Of a stretch of 64,000 nt of DNA, positions 25,383 to 37,507 are shown piece after piece. This DNA is from Octopus sinensis (Eukaryota). A model generated the notes under the pieces. That model was not told the DNA's origin and made no database searches. It saw only the letters and a list, made by a program, of their open reading frames with translations. Location of the stretch: NCBI RefSeq assembly GCF_006345805.1, contig NC_042999.1, forward strand, positions 116,870,001-116,934,000. Direction: 5' to 3'. How positions within the stretch are numbered: position 1 is the first letter of the stretch; each line of letters begins with the position of its first letter. The position numbers and the translations under genes were made by a program.

Positions 25383-28338
25383 CAGGGTACGTAAGGTATT
25401 CGAGGACATACATTTTGGGGGTTATTATTGCATTTTTTGCTCTCTCTGTATAATCTTTGTTTCGGAAAATAACGATAGCAGACCCTCAGCTTACTCGAGA
25501 AATGAAGTGAGGCTGAACATAGCGATTTAGAAATATTTCGATTTTTAAAAGTTGCCAGATCTTTCGTCTACAAAGTTTGTGAGGAGTTAGAGATTGAAGA
25601 AGGAAACGTATCGCCAGTATCAAAGCATAAAAAGCATTCTAAACGCTCTGAAGTAGTCAGAACACCTGAATTTATCTAGCAAGTTTAACAGACCATTAAT
25701 TACAATCCCAGAAATTCCACGAGGTCAATTGCAAAAGATCTACATGTGTCAGAAGGTACAGTCAGAAATGTCCACGAAGACATGAAATATATATCATATA
25801 TGATGAAGAAAGGTCAATTTATCAGAAAAATGAAAATCACTACATCAGATCTAAAAGGCTCTGAGACAAACTGAAAAATCCAGCAGATTTGATTTGGTTT
25901 TTTCTCAAACGAGAAAAACTTCGACCAAGATCAAAAACTTACCAGAAGAAATGACAGATGTTAATGTGCAGACCCTTCTGAAATTCCAAGTGTTATACAT
26001 ACAAAATTTCCTGCAACTGTAATGGTTTTAGGGGTTGTCAGCAATGAAGGACATGTGATGGCTCCTTACTTCTTTTCACAAGGCCTTACAGTTAACTCTG
26101 ACGCCTACATTGAGGTCCTGGAAATGATTGTTAAGCTCTGGATAGACAGTGTATGCAATGGAAGTGTTTCAGTAAGACACATTACACATGGCTCTAGTAA
26201 CACAGGAATGAATGGTTGAAAATATTTTCATGATCATATAACCCCTAACATTTGACCTCCTAATTCTCCAGATCTCAATCCATTGGACTATTACATGTGG
26301 AGCGTTGTTGAGAGAAAGGTCAATGAACACGCCCATAACACCAAAGATTCTTTGAAAGCTGCCATAGTCAGAGTAATGTCCTAAATGAAACAGAACCACT
26401 TGATTCGAGCACGTAGTTGATTTAGATCTCATATAGAAGCAGTTGTTGAAGCTAAAGGTGGGTTTATTGAATAACATTATAGAAAAGAAAGTTTATTTTC
26501 ATCCTCATAGCATTTTTTGATAAAGTTATTATTCGTTATCTGTATATATAAAAGTGAAGTTGTGTGAGTGTCTGTCTCCTACGATTTAGATTCCTAACTA
26601 CTCCCACATTTTGCGGTCCAGTTTCACCAAATTCGGGTATCTTATAGTCGTGATTCATATCAAGCCAGTCTGGGTATTAGCGCGCGTCCACGATGAGTCT
26701 ACGATTTTTTAAATAATTTACCATAATTTTTTTCCATTTTAACGCATATTTTTTAAATAAAGGGAAGGCGGCGAAGTTGGCGTCCATGCTCACACCTGCA
26801 CCTGTGTTGCTTCTCCCCCTTCTTCCCTCCCTCGTGAAGCTGTGGGGAAGGAAGTGTAAGGAAATCAACGTCGTAAAGCGTTGTCAAGGAGACCAGCGTT
26901 CTTTTAGAACAACGACTTCATGACTTGAAGACACCAAAACAGAAATGGCTAAGAAAGCCCGAAAGCAAATTCTACAAAATCGGGAAACACGCCACACAGG
27001 GAAGGTTTCCCGTGCAAATAATTTGCACCACCGAATGTTATAGTTGTTGCACAACTTTTACTTAAAAAATATTATCCAAACACAAACTTTTGAAGGCAAT
27101 ATTGTATGGCGATGGTACTTGTGAAATATGGTAATGGATTTAGTAGCCAAAAGGAGAGAGCAGAGGCATAGTATGGTGGTGGTGGAGGCGGTGGTAGTGG
27201 CAGCGGTGGTGGCGGTGGTGCTGGTAGTGGTGATGGTGGTCGTAGTCGTGGTGGTCGTCGTGTTTGTGGTGGTCGTCGTGTTTGTGGTGGTGGTGGTGGT
27301 GGTGGTGGTGGTGGTGTTGTTGTTGGTGGTGGTCGTGGTGGTCGTGGTGGTGGGGGGGTGATGATGGTGGTCGTGGTGGTCGTGGTGATGATGGTGGTGG
27401 TGGTGGTCGTCGTCGTGGTGGTCTTCGTGATGGTTGTGGTGATGGTCATGGGCGTAGTGGTGGTGGTGGTCATGGTGGTAGTGGTGATGGTGTTGGTCGT
27501 GGTGGCGGTGGTGGTGGTGGCTGAAGCTGTCGTCTGGGTTCTTCCAATTTTTTCGTGTGTCGGTGGCGGCGTTGGCGTTCATGCTCGCACCTGCACCTGT
27601 GTAGCTCCTCCCCTTCTTCCCTCCCTGGTGAAGCTGTGGGGAAGGCAGGGTAGGGAAATCAACGCCGTAAAGCGTTGTCAAGGAGACCAGCGTTCTTTTA
27701 GAACAACGACTTCATGGCTTGAAGTCGCCAAAACAGAAATCGCTAAAAAAGCTGAAACAGATCCACAAAAACGGCAAAAACCGCCACACAGGGCAGATTT
27801 CCTGTGCAAACAATTTGCACAACCGAATGTTTTAGTTGTTGCACAAATCTTTATATATAAACTTTTGATAAAGTTATTATTCGTTATCTGTATATATAAA
27901 AGTGAAGTTGTGTGAGTGTCTGTTTCCTACGATTTAGATTCCTAACTACTCCCACATTTTGCGGTGCAGTTTAACTAAAACCGGGTATCTTATAGTCGTG
28001 ATTCATATCGAGCCCTTCTGGGTATTAGCGCGCGTCTACGATGAGTCTACGATTTTAAAAAAAATTTACCATAATTTTTTCCATTTTCATGCATTTTTTC
28101 GCTATTATATAAGGGAAGTAACTCTCTAAAAATGTCTACGATGAGTCAACGATTTTTAAAAAAATTACCATAATTTTTTATTCCATTTTTAATGCATTTT
28201 TTTGCTATTTTTTTGCTATAACTCTCTAAAAATGCTTATAAAGTTATTTCCCTTACAAACCCGAGCAACGCCGGGCGATACTGCTAGTTATATATATTTT
28301 TATAAACAAATCTGTCCTCAAATATCTTACGCACCCTG
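25383..28338 (+). mobile_element. Near full-length decayed maT (DD37D)-like transposon, interrupted by a Helitron
   Basis: TIRs CAGGGTACGTAAGGTATTCGAGGACA / TGTCCTCAAATATCTTACGCACCCTG with TA TSDs. Motifs: WFFSNEKNFDQDQK, TKFPATVMVLGVVSNEGHVM, PPNSPDLNPLDYYMW, IEAVVEAKGGFIE*. Confidence 0.9.
26539..28287 (+). mobile_element. Composite non-autonomous Helitron
   Basis: A|TC 5' end (26539), 3' hairpin cccgagcaacgccggg and CTAG|T (28287), no TSD. It has an internal duplicated block, a second 5' end at 27887 and a (GGT)n tract. Confidence 0.88.
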
Positions 28339-28534
28339 TACACTAAAGAATGGGATACAATAAGAAGAGGTTAATCTGGATAAAATGTAACAATACGAAA
28401 TGATAAAATACACAATTAAATAATGAGACATTATCAGATGGAGGTGACTCACAACTTTAAACACAAGGAGACGATAACACATCGGAATGAGTAGAAACAA
28501 TGTAATAAAAGTAAACTATATTTTTTATTATTAT

Positions 28535-29335
28535 TTAGTCAAGAATAAAGCCTTCCATGGCCGATATGACTGATATGATTGATGTTGAGTTTGAATGTGT
28601 AAGTAGGTGAGAACAAGAAAAATATAGGCTGGGAAGGACATTCCTGGGGCTTGACGTTCTCGGCGGATAAGGTTGAGTTTCTAGAGGGCTAGTTACGTGA
28701 GTTATGAAAGTAGACAGAATAAATGAATGATGCGCGGAGGGGAGATGAGTATTCTGCATGGGCTTGAGTGGATGTGTTATGCAGCTGACTAGCTCTGGGA
28801 AGCAGATAGTGTTGTTTTGTTTGTTCCTTCTCGAGCCATACCTGGCTCATAAGGGCCGGTTTCCCGGTTTCTTTGGCGTATAGGTTCCCCACCTGGACGG
28901 GACGCCGGTCCGTCGCAGGTGAGCTGCAAGATGCAGGAGGAAAGAGTGAGAGAAAGTTGTGGCGAATTAGTCAGCAGAAGTTCGCCATTACCTTCTGCCG
29001 GAGCCGCGTGGAGCTTAGGTGTTTCGCTCATAAACACACACATCGCCCGGTCTGAGATTCGAACCCGCGATCCCTCGACCGCAAGTCCGCTGCTCTAACC
29101 ACTAGGCCATGTGCCTCCACGATAGTGTTGTAGTAAGACAAAGTCAGAGTGAGGATATAGCGTTTCTTCGGGATATAGTGTGTTGGTGTGTTGTGAATGT
29201 CTGAACTGCGTGGTGAATGTCTACTTAACAACCAATCAAGTTGCCTTCTTTTGGGTGTGGTTTAGGAGGCTCGTATGTGTAACTGCAGAACTATCCCAGA
29301 TGTTGAAGTAATACTTCAATGTGGATCTTATTATT
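28535..29335 (-). mobile_element. CR1/L2-group LINE 3' end, split by a SINE
   Basis: IIRSTLKYYFNIWDSSAVTHTSLLNHTQKKAT*LV resembles the IRP.LEY..IW..LD.IQ.RA motif. It ends in aaataataa. Confidence 0.55.
28816..29120 (-). mobile_element. tRNA-derived SINE family C (V-domain-like) with 11-bp TSD
   Basis: Head GGAGGCACATGGCCTAGTGGTTAGAGCAGCGGAC...GGTTCGAATC and core cctgcgacggaccggcgtcccgtccagg. TSD gatagtgttgt at 28805-28815 and 29121-29131. Confidence 0.9.
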
Positions 29336-29379
29336 TTGACCCAACAAGATATTACAAGAAAGGAGGTAATGATATAATT

Positions 29380-29650
29380 GGTGACAACGCCGAGAGTTCC
29401 AGTTGATCCAATCAGTGGAACAGCCTGCTCTCGAAAGTAACGTGCAAATAGCTAAGCACATATGCATACCCTTAATGTAGTTCTCAAGGAGATAAAGCGT
29501 GACACAGAGTGTGACAAGGCTGGCCCTTTGAAATACAAATGCAACTCATTTTCGCCAGCTGAGTTGACTGGAGTAACGTGTAATAAAGGGTCTTGCTCAA
29601 GGACACAAAGCACCGCCAGGTATCGAACTCACGATCTTATGTTCGTGATG
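29380..29650 (-). mobile_element. tRNA-derived SINE family D; further copies at 45650-45975 - and 46010-46350 - (different tail)
   Basis: Box B-like GAGTTCGAT followed by gtgtccttgagcaagac...cactcagctg. Confidence 0.78.
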
Positions 29651-30557
29651 AAATACGACACATCATAAGGAGGATACATTGTATAAACGACTGGAGCTCT
29701 GTATAAAAAAGAAGATGGAAATGATAGTGTAATGGAGACACATTAACTGACGAATTAGGTTGTGCAGTGAAATATGACTCAGACAAATGAAATGCGGATA
29801 TCCTTTGGGTGGAATTGAGATACATCCCAGTTGAGTGAAGCATCAGAGAAATCGGTGAATTCTGGCTGCAATGCATTAGCAGAATTGATGGCAAGTTGGC
29901 AGAGTCGTCAGGGCGTCGGACAGAATGCTTCACGCTATTTCTTCTGACTCTTTTCGGTTTGAGTTCAAATCCTGTCGAGGTCAGCTTCGACCTTCAATCT
30001 TTCGGGGTCTATAAATATATCAATCCAAGGCGGTAGATTGGCGGGACTGTAAGAATATCGTCCTGGATTCTTTGTGGTATTTGTTCGGTTCTTTGCGTTC
30101 TGAGTTCAAATTGCGTTATGACCAGCTTGGATAGAAGACGCCCCCCCCCCATCTATCACACGGTTTAACACCACCACCTGCAACATTGGGTCCCTTTAGG
30201 GGAGTCAACTCTATTGTAAACATTCGGGCAAGGTTTTCGGTTTGGAGAAACCGAATGAGGTATGGATACGGATATCCCCTCAGACAAAAGCATAAAAAAT
30301 ACTAAAGATGAAAAAAGACTAAAACATATAAGATCAAAGTGAATACATACATACATACACACACAGGCGCAGGAATGGTTATGTGGTTCAGATGTTTGCT
30401 TTACAACCATGTAGTTTCGTGTGTAGTCCTACTGCGTGGTATCTTGCATACGTGTCTTCCATACAGTCCCGGGTGAACCAATGCCTTGTGAGTGAATTTG
30501 ATTGACGGAACATGTAAGGCAGTCTGTCTTGCATGTATATATATATGTGTATATATA

Positions 30558-30602
<45 letters not shown>

Positions 30603-30864
30603 CATACATACATACATACATACATACATACATACATACATGCACACATACACACACACTCACACACATACGCACATACACACGTAAATAGCGAACAATG
30701 AGAATGAGTGCTCAACACCGCATCGATGGATAAAGATTCTCTATTTGTAGATTGAGGCTACCATTGGTTTCATATTAAGGAATCCCGAAACAATTATCTA
30801 TCCTATCACATGGAGCATCGGTGTTCGTCTGTATTTTGCATATATATATATATATATATATATA

Positions 30865-31087
30865 CTTTATTTAAAGTAGCAGAAAATTCAACAAAACCTG
30901 TTACTCGGAGTTTCCCGTTGCCGTTCATCGGACAGTTTTTGCTAAAACTGTCCGATGAACGGCAACGGGAAACTCAGAGTAACAGGTTTTGTTGAATTTT
31001 CTGCTGCTTTAAATAAAGCATATTACTCTACCACTGGTATTTGAGTACTCTTTTTTCCACCTTGTTTCACATTTATATGTTTACTCC

Positions 31088-31090
<3 letters not shown>
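30865..31090 (+). mobile_element. Fold-back element in (TA)n: 154-bp palindrome (30865-31018) plus tail, probably a solo PLE pseudo-LTR
   Basis: Two ~75-bp arms with 2 mismatches around a tgct loop, (TA)n on both sides, and a hammerhead-like motif in each arm. Confidence 0.8.
30944..30990 (+). ncRNA. Putative minimal type-I hammerhead ribozyme (mirror copy on - strand at ~30893-30939)
   Basis: Stem I aaaactgt/acag(g)tttt; core CCGAUGA; stem II A-CG(GCAA)CG-G; GAAA; stem III ACUC-A-GAGU; GUA cleavage triplet at 30979-30981. Confidence 0.7.
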
Positions 31091-31140
<50 letters not shown>

Positions 31141-31144
<4 letters not shown>

Positions 31145-32230
31145 CAGATTTATAGAAAAGCAAAAAACGAAGACAGGTGTAGGAACAATCAGCTAGTGTA
31201 TTTTTTTGACACTCGGGAAGAAGGGAAAAAGTCTTTTACGTTTCGAGCCTACGCTTATCAACAGAAAGGACTAAGAGGACATAAATAGAGATAGAATAAA
31301 AAAAAAACGTATAACCTTCAGTAGTCCAACATGGCAGATGACTGCAAAAAAAGGAGGTTGAATGAAAGGGAGATAATAATAAAAAGTTTTTGAATGGAAG
31401 GGAGATAATAATAAAAAGAGGTTGAATGGAAGGGAGATGATAATGGTGATGCCCAAAAGCTAAGGTGCGCAAACATGTATATATGTGAGAATAGTGTATG
31501 TGAGTGTGTAAGTGTTGATGTGTGTGCGTGTAGCAGTTGATGTGTGCTTTTTCACGTGGTGCGTGCACGTATGTGCGTGTGACCAAATAGTGTGCAGTTG
31601 TATAGTGTATGAATATGGGCGAAAGTTATCTTTGTCTCTCTGTGTTGCATGTGTTTATGCGTGGTGTGCGTGTGTGTATATAACGTCTATGTTCAGGTAT
31701 TATGTGCTTGTGTGGGCGTGGGAATGTACATGATGATGTGTGGTGTATGTACTGAGTTCAATAGTGTGTGCGGCTGCTCATATCGTGGTATGTGTGGTGA
31801 CGCTATAGAAGATTATGTAGGAGTGTGTGGATGATGGTGTGTGGTGTGAGTGCTAGGAAGTGATCAGTGCTTGTGTGTGTGGAGTAGGAAGGTGTGGGTG
31901 TGGGTGTAATGGCGTGTGAAGTGAGCGATAAGTTGAACAGTGTGTATGGGTGTGTGCATAGTGGTGCGTGTGAGTGAGGATATCGATATGGTTGGTATGT
32001 GGGTGTGTAAGTGGAGGGGACAGTTGAATGGGGGAGGTGAGTGGGAATCCATGGGGTTGGTGTCAAATGAAGGGAAGTGGGAAGGTTTGTGTCTGATGAA
32101 GAGAGAAGGTGAGTTGAGTCCATTTGGCGCAAAGGAACGAAGAGAGAAGATTAACTGCTGTTCACGGCGAAGGCAGATGTTGTAGCGGAAATGGCGTGAG
32201 ACTAAGGTGTCATTGCCGAGTTTGAGATGT
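31141..32230 (-). mobile_element. Second, more decayed copy of the Penelope-like element at 14649-15868
   Basis: LGNDTLVSRHFR..LRREQQLIFSLRSFAPNGLNSP, a CA-rich UTR, and a pseudo-LTR at 31141-31310 next to (TA)n. Confidence 0.85.
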
Positions 32231-32991
32231 ATGTCATACATATATATATATATATACGATGGACTTCTTTCAGTTTCCCTCCACAAAATCTACTCACAAG
32301 GCTTTGGTCGACCAGAGGCTATAGTAGAAGACATTTCCCCAAGGTGCCACGCAGTGGAACTGAACCTGGAACCATGTGATTGGAAAGCAAGCTACTTACT
32401 ACACACACACCCACAGCCACGAGTAAATGCATTTTTTTTTTGTAAGTACAGGAAATAATTACGGACGTGTTTCGCTGCAGTTGTACAGCATGGGACGTGT
32501 GTAGCGTGCGGACTGCATACGATATCTGCTTGGGTGGGGTGAAAATAAATTTTGCCAAAGTAGTCATTAAGGTTTATGGGAGGAGCTGCTGATATGACTG
32601 GCGTATAGGGCGTCAAAAAACCTATGCTCTGCCACTAGTGTTTCATTGTTATTGAAGCATAATTAGTGAAGCATAACTTTTACCACACTCGCCACAAAAT
32701 TGACGAAGGTATCATGAAATATAACACATCTTGTATTTACCGCTTGTCTATCGAACTTAGAACTATTTCATGAAAGAAAAAGCGGTTGTATTTAAAAAGA
32801 AATACCTATGAGTGCATTCTCCTAGAAATAGATAATTAAGTAACAATTATTTAGATCCCAGGTAATACAGATGTTAAATGAAACAGGAAAACGGCGATCT
32901 TTTTGAGAAAGTGTATCAAAACCGAAAGAATTTTTCGACAATTTTAGTTTTTCTTTAGCTTAATTTTTTAATAGCTGAATCACTTATATCT

Positions 32992-33067
<76 letters not shown>

Positions 33068-33407
33068 CGTGTGTGCGTGCGCATGTGTATTTGCTTATGT
33101 ACGTTATGTATATTTGTGTATGTACGTGTTGTACATACACATAGATTCATAAATATACATACTCAGACATAAACAGACATATACATATACACGCACACAT
33201 GAACTCATACACACGACACAAAACATACATAAACAAGCAATTCAGCGGAAAAAAAGATTAAAGAAATGAAAAATATTTATGGACATTGCCGAACAAATAC
33301 TTTGAGAGACTCAGTTTCGGGCTACATTCCTTTGAAAAATATTTTATCACGAACAGGTCGTATGGAATCACATACTAGCTCTTATCAAGACTTCAGAAAC
33401 TCTATAG

Positions 33408-34150
33408 CTTTGCCTTTCATCCTTTCGAGGTCGATAAGTACCAGTTGCGCACTGGGATCGATTTAATCAACTGGCCCCCTCCCCTAAAAAGCTTGTGCCT
33501 TGTGCCTAGAGTAGAAAAGATTATCTGTCTCAATGCTTCTTTAGGTTCTGAGTTCAAATGCTAAAAAGGTCGACTTTGCCTTTTATTCTTTCGGGGTCGA
33601 TCAATTAAATATCAGTGAAGCACTGCGGTTGATGCAATCAACTAGTTCCCCCCTTCAACAAATTTCAGGCCTTGTACCTTTGGTAGAAAAGGTAAAAAGG
33701 ATTATCTGTCTTAATGCTAAGGCGGCGAGATGGCGGAATCGTTACTGCACCGGGCAAAATGCTTAGCAGTGTTTCATCCGTCTCTACATTCTGAGTTCAA
33801 ATTCCGTCTAGATCTACTTTGCCTGTCATAATTTCTGGGTCGATAAAATAAATACCAGTCGGTTACTGCGGCCTATATAATCGATTTCCTCTTCCCTCAA
33901 AAACTGCTGGTCTTGTGCCAAAATTCGCAGCCATTATTTGTTTCAATGCTAAGGCAGCAAGCTGGCAGAATCATTAGTACGCCGGGAAAAAAGCTTAGCG
34001 GCATTTCGTCCGTCTCTACGTGCTGAGTTCAAATTCCACCGAGGTCGACTTTGCCTCTTATCCTTTCGAGATCGATAAGGTAAGTACAATTTGAATACAG
34101 GGGTCATTATAATCGATTAACCCCTCCCCACGAAATTTCAAGCCTTGTTC
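33408..34150 (+). mobile_element. Tandem run of ~4 family A SINEs
   Basis: Repeated heads, cores and tails separated by a recurring attatctgtctcaatgct-like spacer. Confidence 0.85.
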
Positions 34151-34304
34151 GTTGGAAAGATACTTAAACGTTTTAAATACTTAGCAGCATTTCTCCCGAT
34201 TCTTTACATTATATGAGATTGTTTTAGTGAAGCATTGTGAGATATAATTTAGAGAATGCAGTTGCGTAAAGCCGGAACAATGCGAGAAGGTGCAAAGTAA
34301 ACTA

Positions 34305-34538
34305 GAAAATGAAAGGAAAACAGAACAAAGTTGCAATTTTACTATGTATTTTTATATTTCGGGGTGAAGACCCCTTCTTCAAAGTATTCAGAAAAGCGGT
34401 GGTAGTAAAAAGCGTGTTGATCAGAAGTGTGTGCGAGCAACATACTTTTTTCTGAATGCCCTGAAGAAGGGGTCTTCACCCTGAAATATAGAAATACACA
34501 GTAAAACGTCAACTTTGTTCTGTTTTCTTTTCATTCCC
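34305..34538. mobile_element. Inverted-repeat element (~90-bp arms, ~50-bp spacer) with a hammerhead-like motif; probable PLE pseudo-LTR pair
   Basis: Arms at 34305-34395 and 34447-34538. CTGAAGA-A-GGGG(TCTTCA)CCCT-GAAA-TATA at 34461-34490. Confidence 0.7.
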
Positions 34539-34643
34539 ACTGCGTGGCACCTTGGGCAAGTGCTTTCTACTATAGCCTCGGGCCGACCAAAGCCTTGTGA
34601 GTGGATTTGGTAGACGGAAACTGAAAAAAGTCTGTCGTATATA

Positions 34644-34679
<36 letters not shown>

Positions 34680-35051
34680 TGTATGTAGTATGTATGTATG
34701 TATGTATGTATGTATGTATGCATGCATGTATATATGTATATATGTATGTATGTATGTATGTATGCATGTGTCTGTATATGTATGTGTATCTGTATCTGTG
34801 TTTGTCCCCCCCAACATCGCTTGACAACCGATGATGGTGTGTTTGCGTCCCCGTAACTTAGCGGTTCGGCAAAAGAGACCGATAGAATAAGTACAAGGCT
34901 TACAAAGAATAAGTCCTGGGGTCGATCTGCTCGACTAAAGGCGGTGCTCCTGCATGGCCATAGTCAAATGACTGAAACTAATAAAAGAGAGAGAGTAGTT
35001 TACTTTGTACTTTCTCGCATAGCTCCGACTTTATACAACTACATTCTTTAA

Positions 35052-35106
<55 letters not shown>

Positions 35107-35411
35107 CGTGTGTGTGTGTGTGTGTCTATGTGTGTATGTATGTATGTATGTATGTATGTATGTATGTATGTATATATGTATGTATGTATGTATGTACGTA
35201 CGTATGTATGTATGTATGTATGTATGTATGTATGTATGTATGTATGTATGTATGTATGTATGTATGTATGCATGTATGCATGCATGTATGTTTGTATGTA
35301 TGTATGTATGTATGTACTGTCTGATGACATCATTTCTTGATCAAAGCACGTTCACCAATGCTGACAGGATATAAAAATTTTAGATATATTAAATATCATT
35401 ATATATATATA

Positions 35412-35931
35412 CTAGCAGTATCGCCCGGCATTGCTCGGGTTTGTAAGGGAAATAACTATATAAGCATTTTTAGAGACTTAGTTCCCTTATAGATGCCAAT
35501 TCGGGCTTTCTTAGCCATTTCTGTTTTGGTGTCTTCAAGCCATGAAGTCGTTGTTCTAAAAGAACGCTGGTCTCCTTGACAACGCTTTACGACATTGATT
35601 TCCTTACACTCCCTTCCCCACAGTTTCACGAGGGAGGGAAGAAGGGGGAGAAGCAAACAGGTGCAGGTGTGACCATGGACGCCAACTCCGCCGCCATCGA
35701 CACACGAAAAATTATGCATTAAAATGGAATAAAAAATGATGTTAAATTATTTTTAAAATCGTAGACTCATCGTAGACGCGTGCTGATAGCCAGACGGGCT
35801 CGATATTAATCACGACTATAAGATATCCGAATTTGGTTAAACTGCACCGCAAAATGTGGGAGGAGTTAGGAATCTAAATCGAAGGGGACAGACACTCACA
35901 CAACTAGAGTTTTATATATATATATATATAT
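35412..35931 (-). mobile_element. Non-autonomous Helitron (same family as 26539-28287)
   Basis: The reverse complement ends cccgagcaatgccgggcgatactgCTAG|T. The 5' end merges into (TA)n. Confidence 0.88.
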
Positions 35932-36000
35932 AAGGGATACTAAATACATTTCTCAATCTATCATAACTTATTAGTTTACACAGGTGCTTCAATTGAGAAA

Positions 36001-36517
36001 TCTATATATATAAAACTGTAGTTGTGTGAGTGTCTGTCCCCTACGATTTAGATTCCTAACTCCTCCCACATTTTGCGGTACAGTTTAACCAAATTCGGGT
36101 ATCTTATAGTCGTGATTAATATCGAGCCCGTCTGGCTATTAGCGCGCGTCTACGATGAGTCTACGATTTTAAAAATAATTTAACATCATTTTTTATTCCA
36201 TTTTAATGCATAATTTTTCGTGTGTCGATGGCGGCGGAGTTGGCGTCCACGCTCAAACACCTGCACCTGTGTTTGCTTCTCCCCCTTCTTCCCTCCCTCG
36301 TGAAGCTGTGGGGAAGGGAGTTTAAGGAAATCAACGTCGTAATGCGTTGTCAAGGAGACCAGCGTTCTTTTAGAACAACGACTTCATGGCTTGAAGACAC
36401 CAAAACAGAAATGGCTAAGAAAACCCAAATTGGCATCTTTAAGGGAAATAACTCTCTAAAAATGCTTATATAGTTATTTCCCTTACAAACCCGAGCAACG
36501 CCGGGCGATACTGCTAG
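36001..36517 (+). mobile_element. Complete non-autonomous Helitron
   Basis: A|TC...hairpin cccgagcaacgccggg...CTAG|T. Confidence 0.9.
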
Positions 36518-36869
36518 TAATAAATAAATAAATAAATAAATATATAAATAAATAAAATTAACATCCTAAATATTCCGCAAGTTAATTCAAGGGAAATAAC
36601 CCGTTGGGAATGTTAGAGTTATGTCCCTTGCATTACAAATTACAAATCACGCAGAACTTTGGAAATGCAAAGTAAATTTACTGTATTCAAATATATTTAA
36701 TTGGTTAATTAACCACGTTAATAAGTTAGAAACTTCTCGATAGTTTAGTTGGGGAAGTATTCAATTTAGATATCTCTCCATTATAATTTTCAGGAAACAT
36801 TGATATAACGAAACAAGAGGCAGACAATTTCTAGAATCATCCATCAGGAAGATCAAAGAGTGTCATTCA

Positions 36870-37507
36870 TTAACTCTTTTGATACCAAACCAGCCCGAGA
36901 CTGCTCCTTATTCTCTGATGTAAACTTTCTGTTTTAAAGTTATTTGAATTAAAACATTCTATCCAAATTCTGTTATTCTTTTCTTCTTTTACTCTTTTAC
37001 TTGTTTCAGTCATTTGACTGCAGCCATGCTGGAGCACCGCATTTAGTGGAGCAAATCGACCCCAGGACTTATTCTTTGTAAGCCTAGTACTTATTCTATT
37101 CGTTTGTTTTGCCGAACCGCTAAGTTACGGGGACGTAAACACACCAGCATCAGTTGTCAAGCGATGTTGGGGTAACAAACTGACACACACACACACATAT
37201 ATATATATACATATATAAGACGGGCTTCTTTTCAGTTTCCGTCTACCAAATACACTCACAAGGCTTTGGACGGCCCGAGGCTATAGTAGAATACACTTGC
37301 CCAAGGTGTTACGCAGTGGGACTGAACCCGGAACCATGTGGTTAGTAAGCAAGCTAGTTACCACACAGCCACTCCTGCACCTGTAAATTACGTTACAAAC
37401 ACCAGCTTAATAATAACGAAGTTATTTTAGTAAATTCTTCCTTATCTTCATAATTAAATTAAATAAAACAGTGTATTTCAACAGAAATATGGAAACAAAA
37501 GAGCTAA
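36870..37507. mobile_element. TTAA-flanked (piggyBac-like) MITE interrupted by SINE B
   Basis: ttaactcttttgatacc ... ggaaacaaaagagctaa imperfect TIRs. Confidence 0.55.

Noticed and set aside
29040-29120. tRNA gene on - strand (also 43561-43635 +)
   Set aside because: It is the tRNA-like head of SINE family C: the acceptor stem is not formed, it continues into a SINE body and it has TSDs.
30234-30283. let-7-like tgaggta and two small hairpins
   Set aside because: The seed differs (GAGGTAT) and the stems are too short for a pre-miRNA.
35456-36473. Repeated LLPLLPSLVKLWGRE ORFs as a captured gene family
   Set aside because: They are the shared internal block of the non-autonomous Helitron; ORF ends vary between copies and there are no Rep/helicase motifs.
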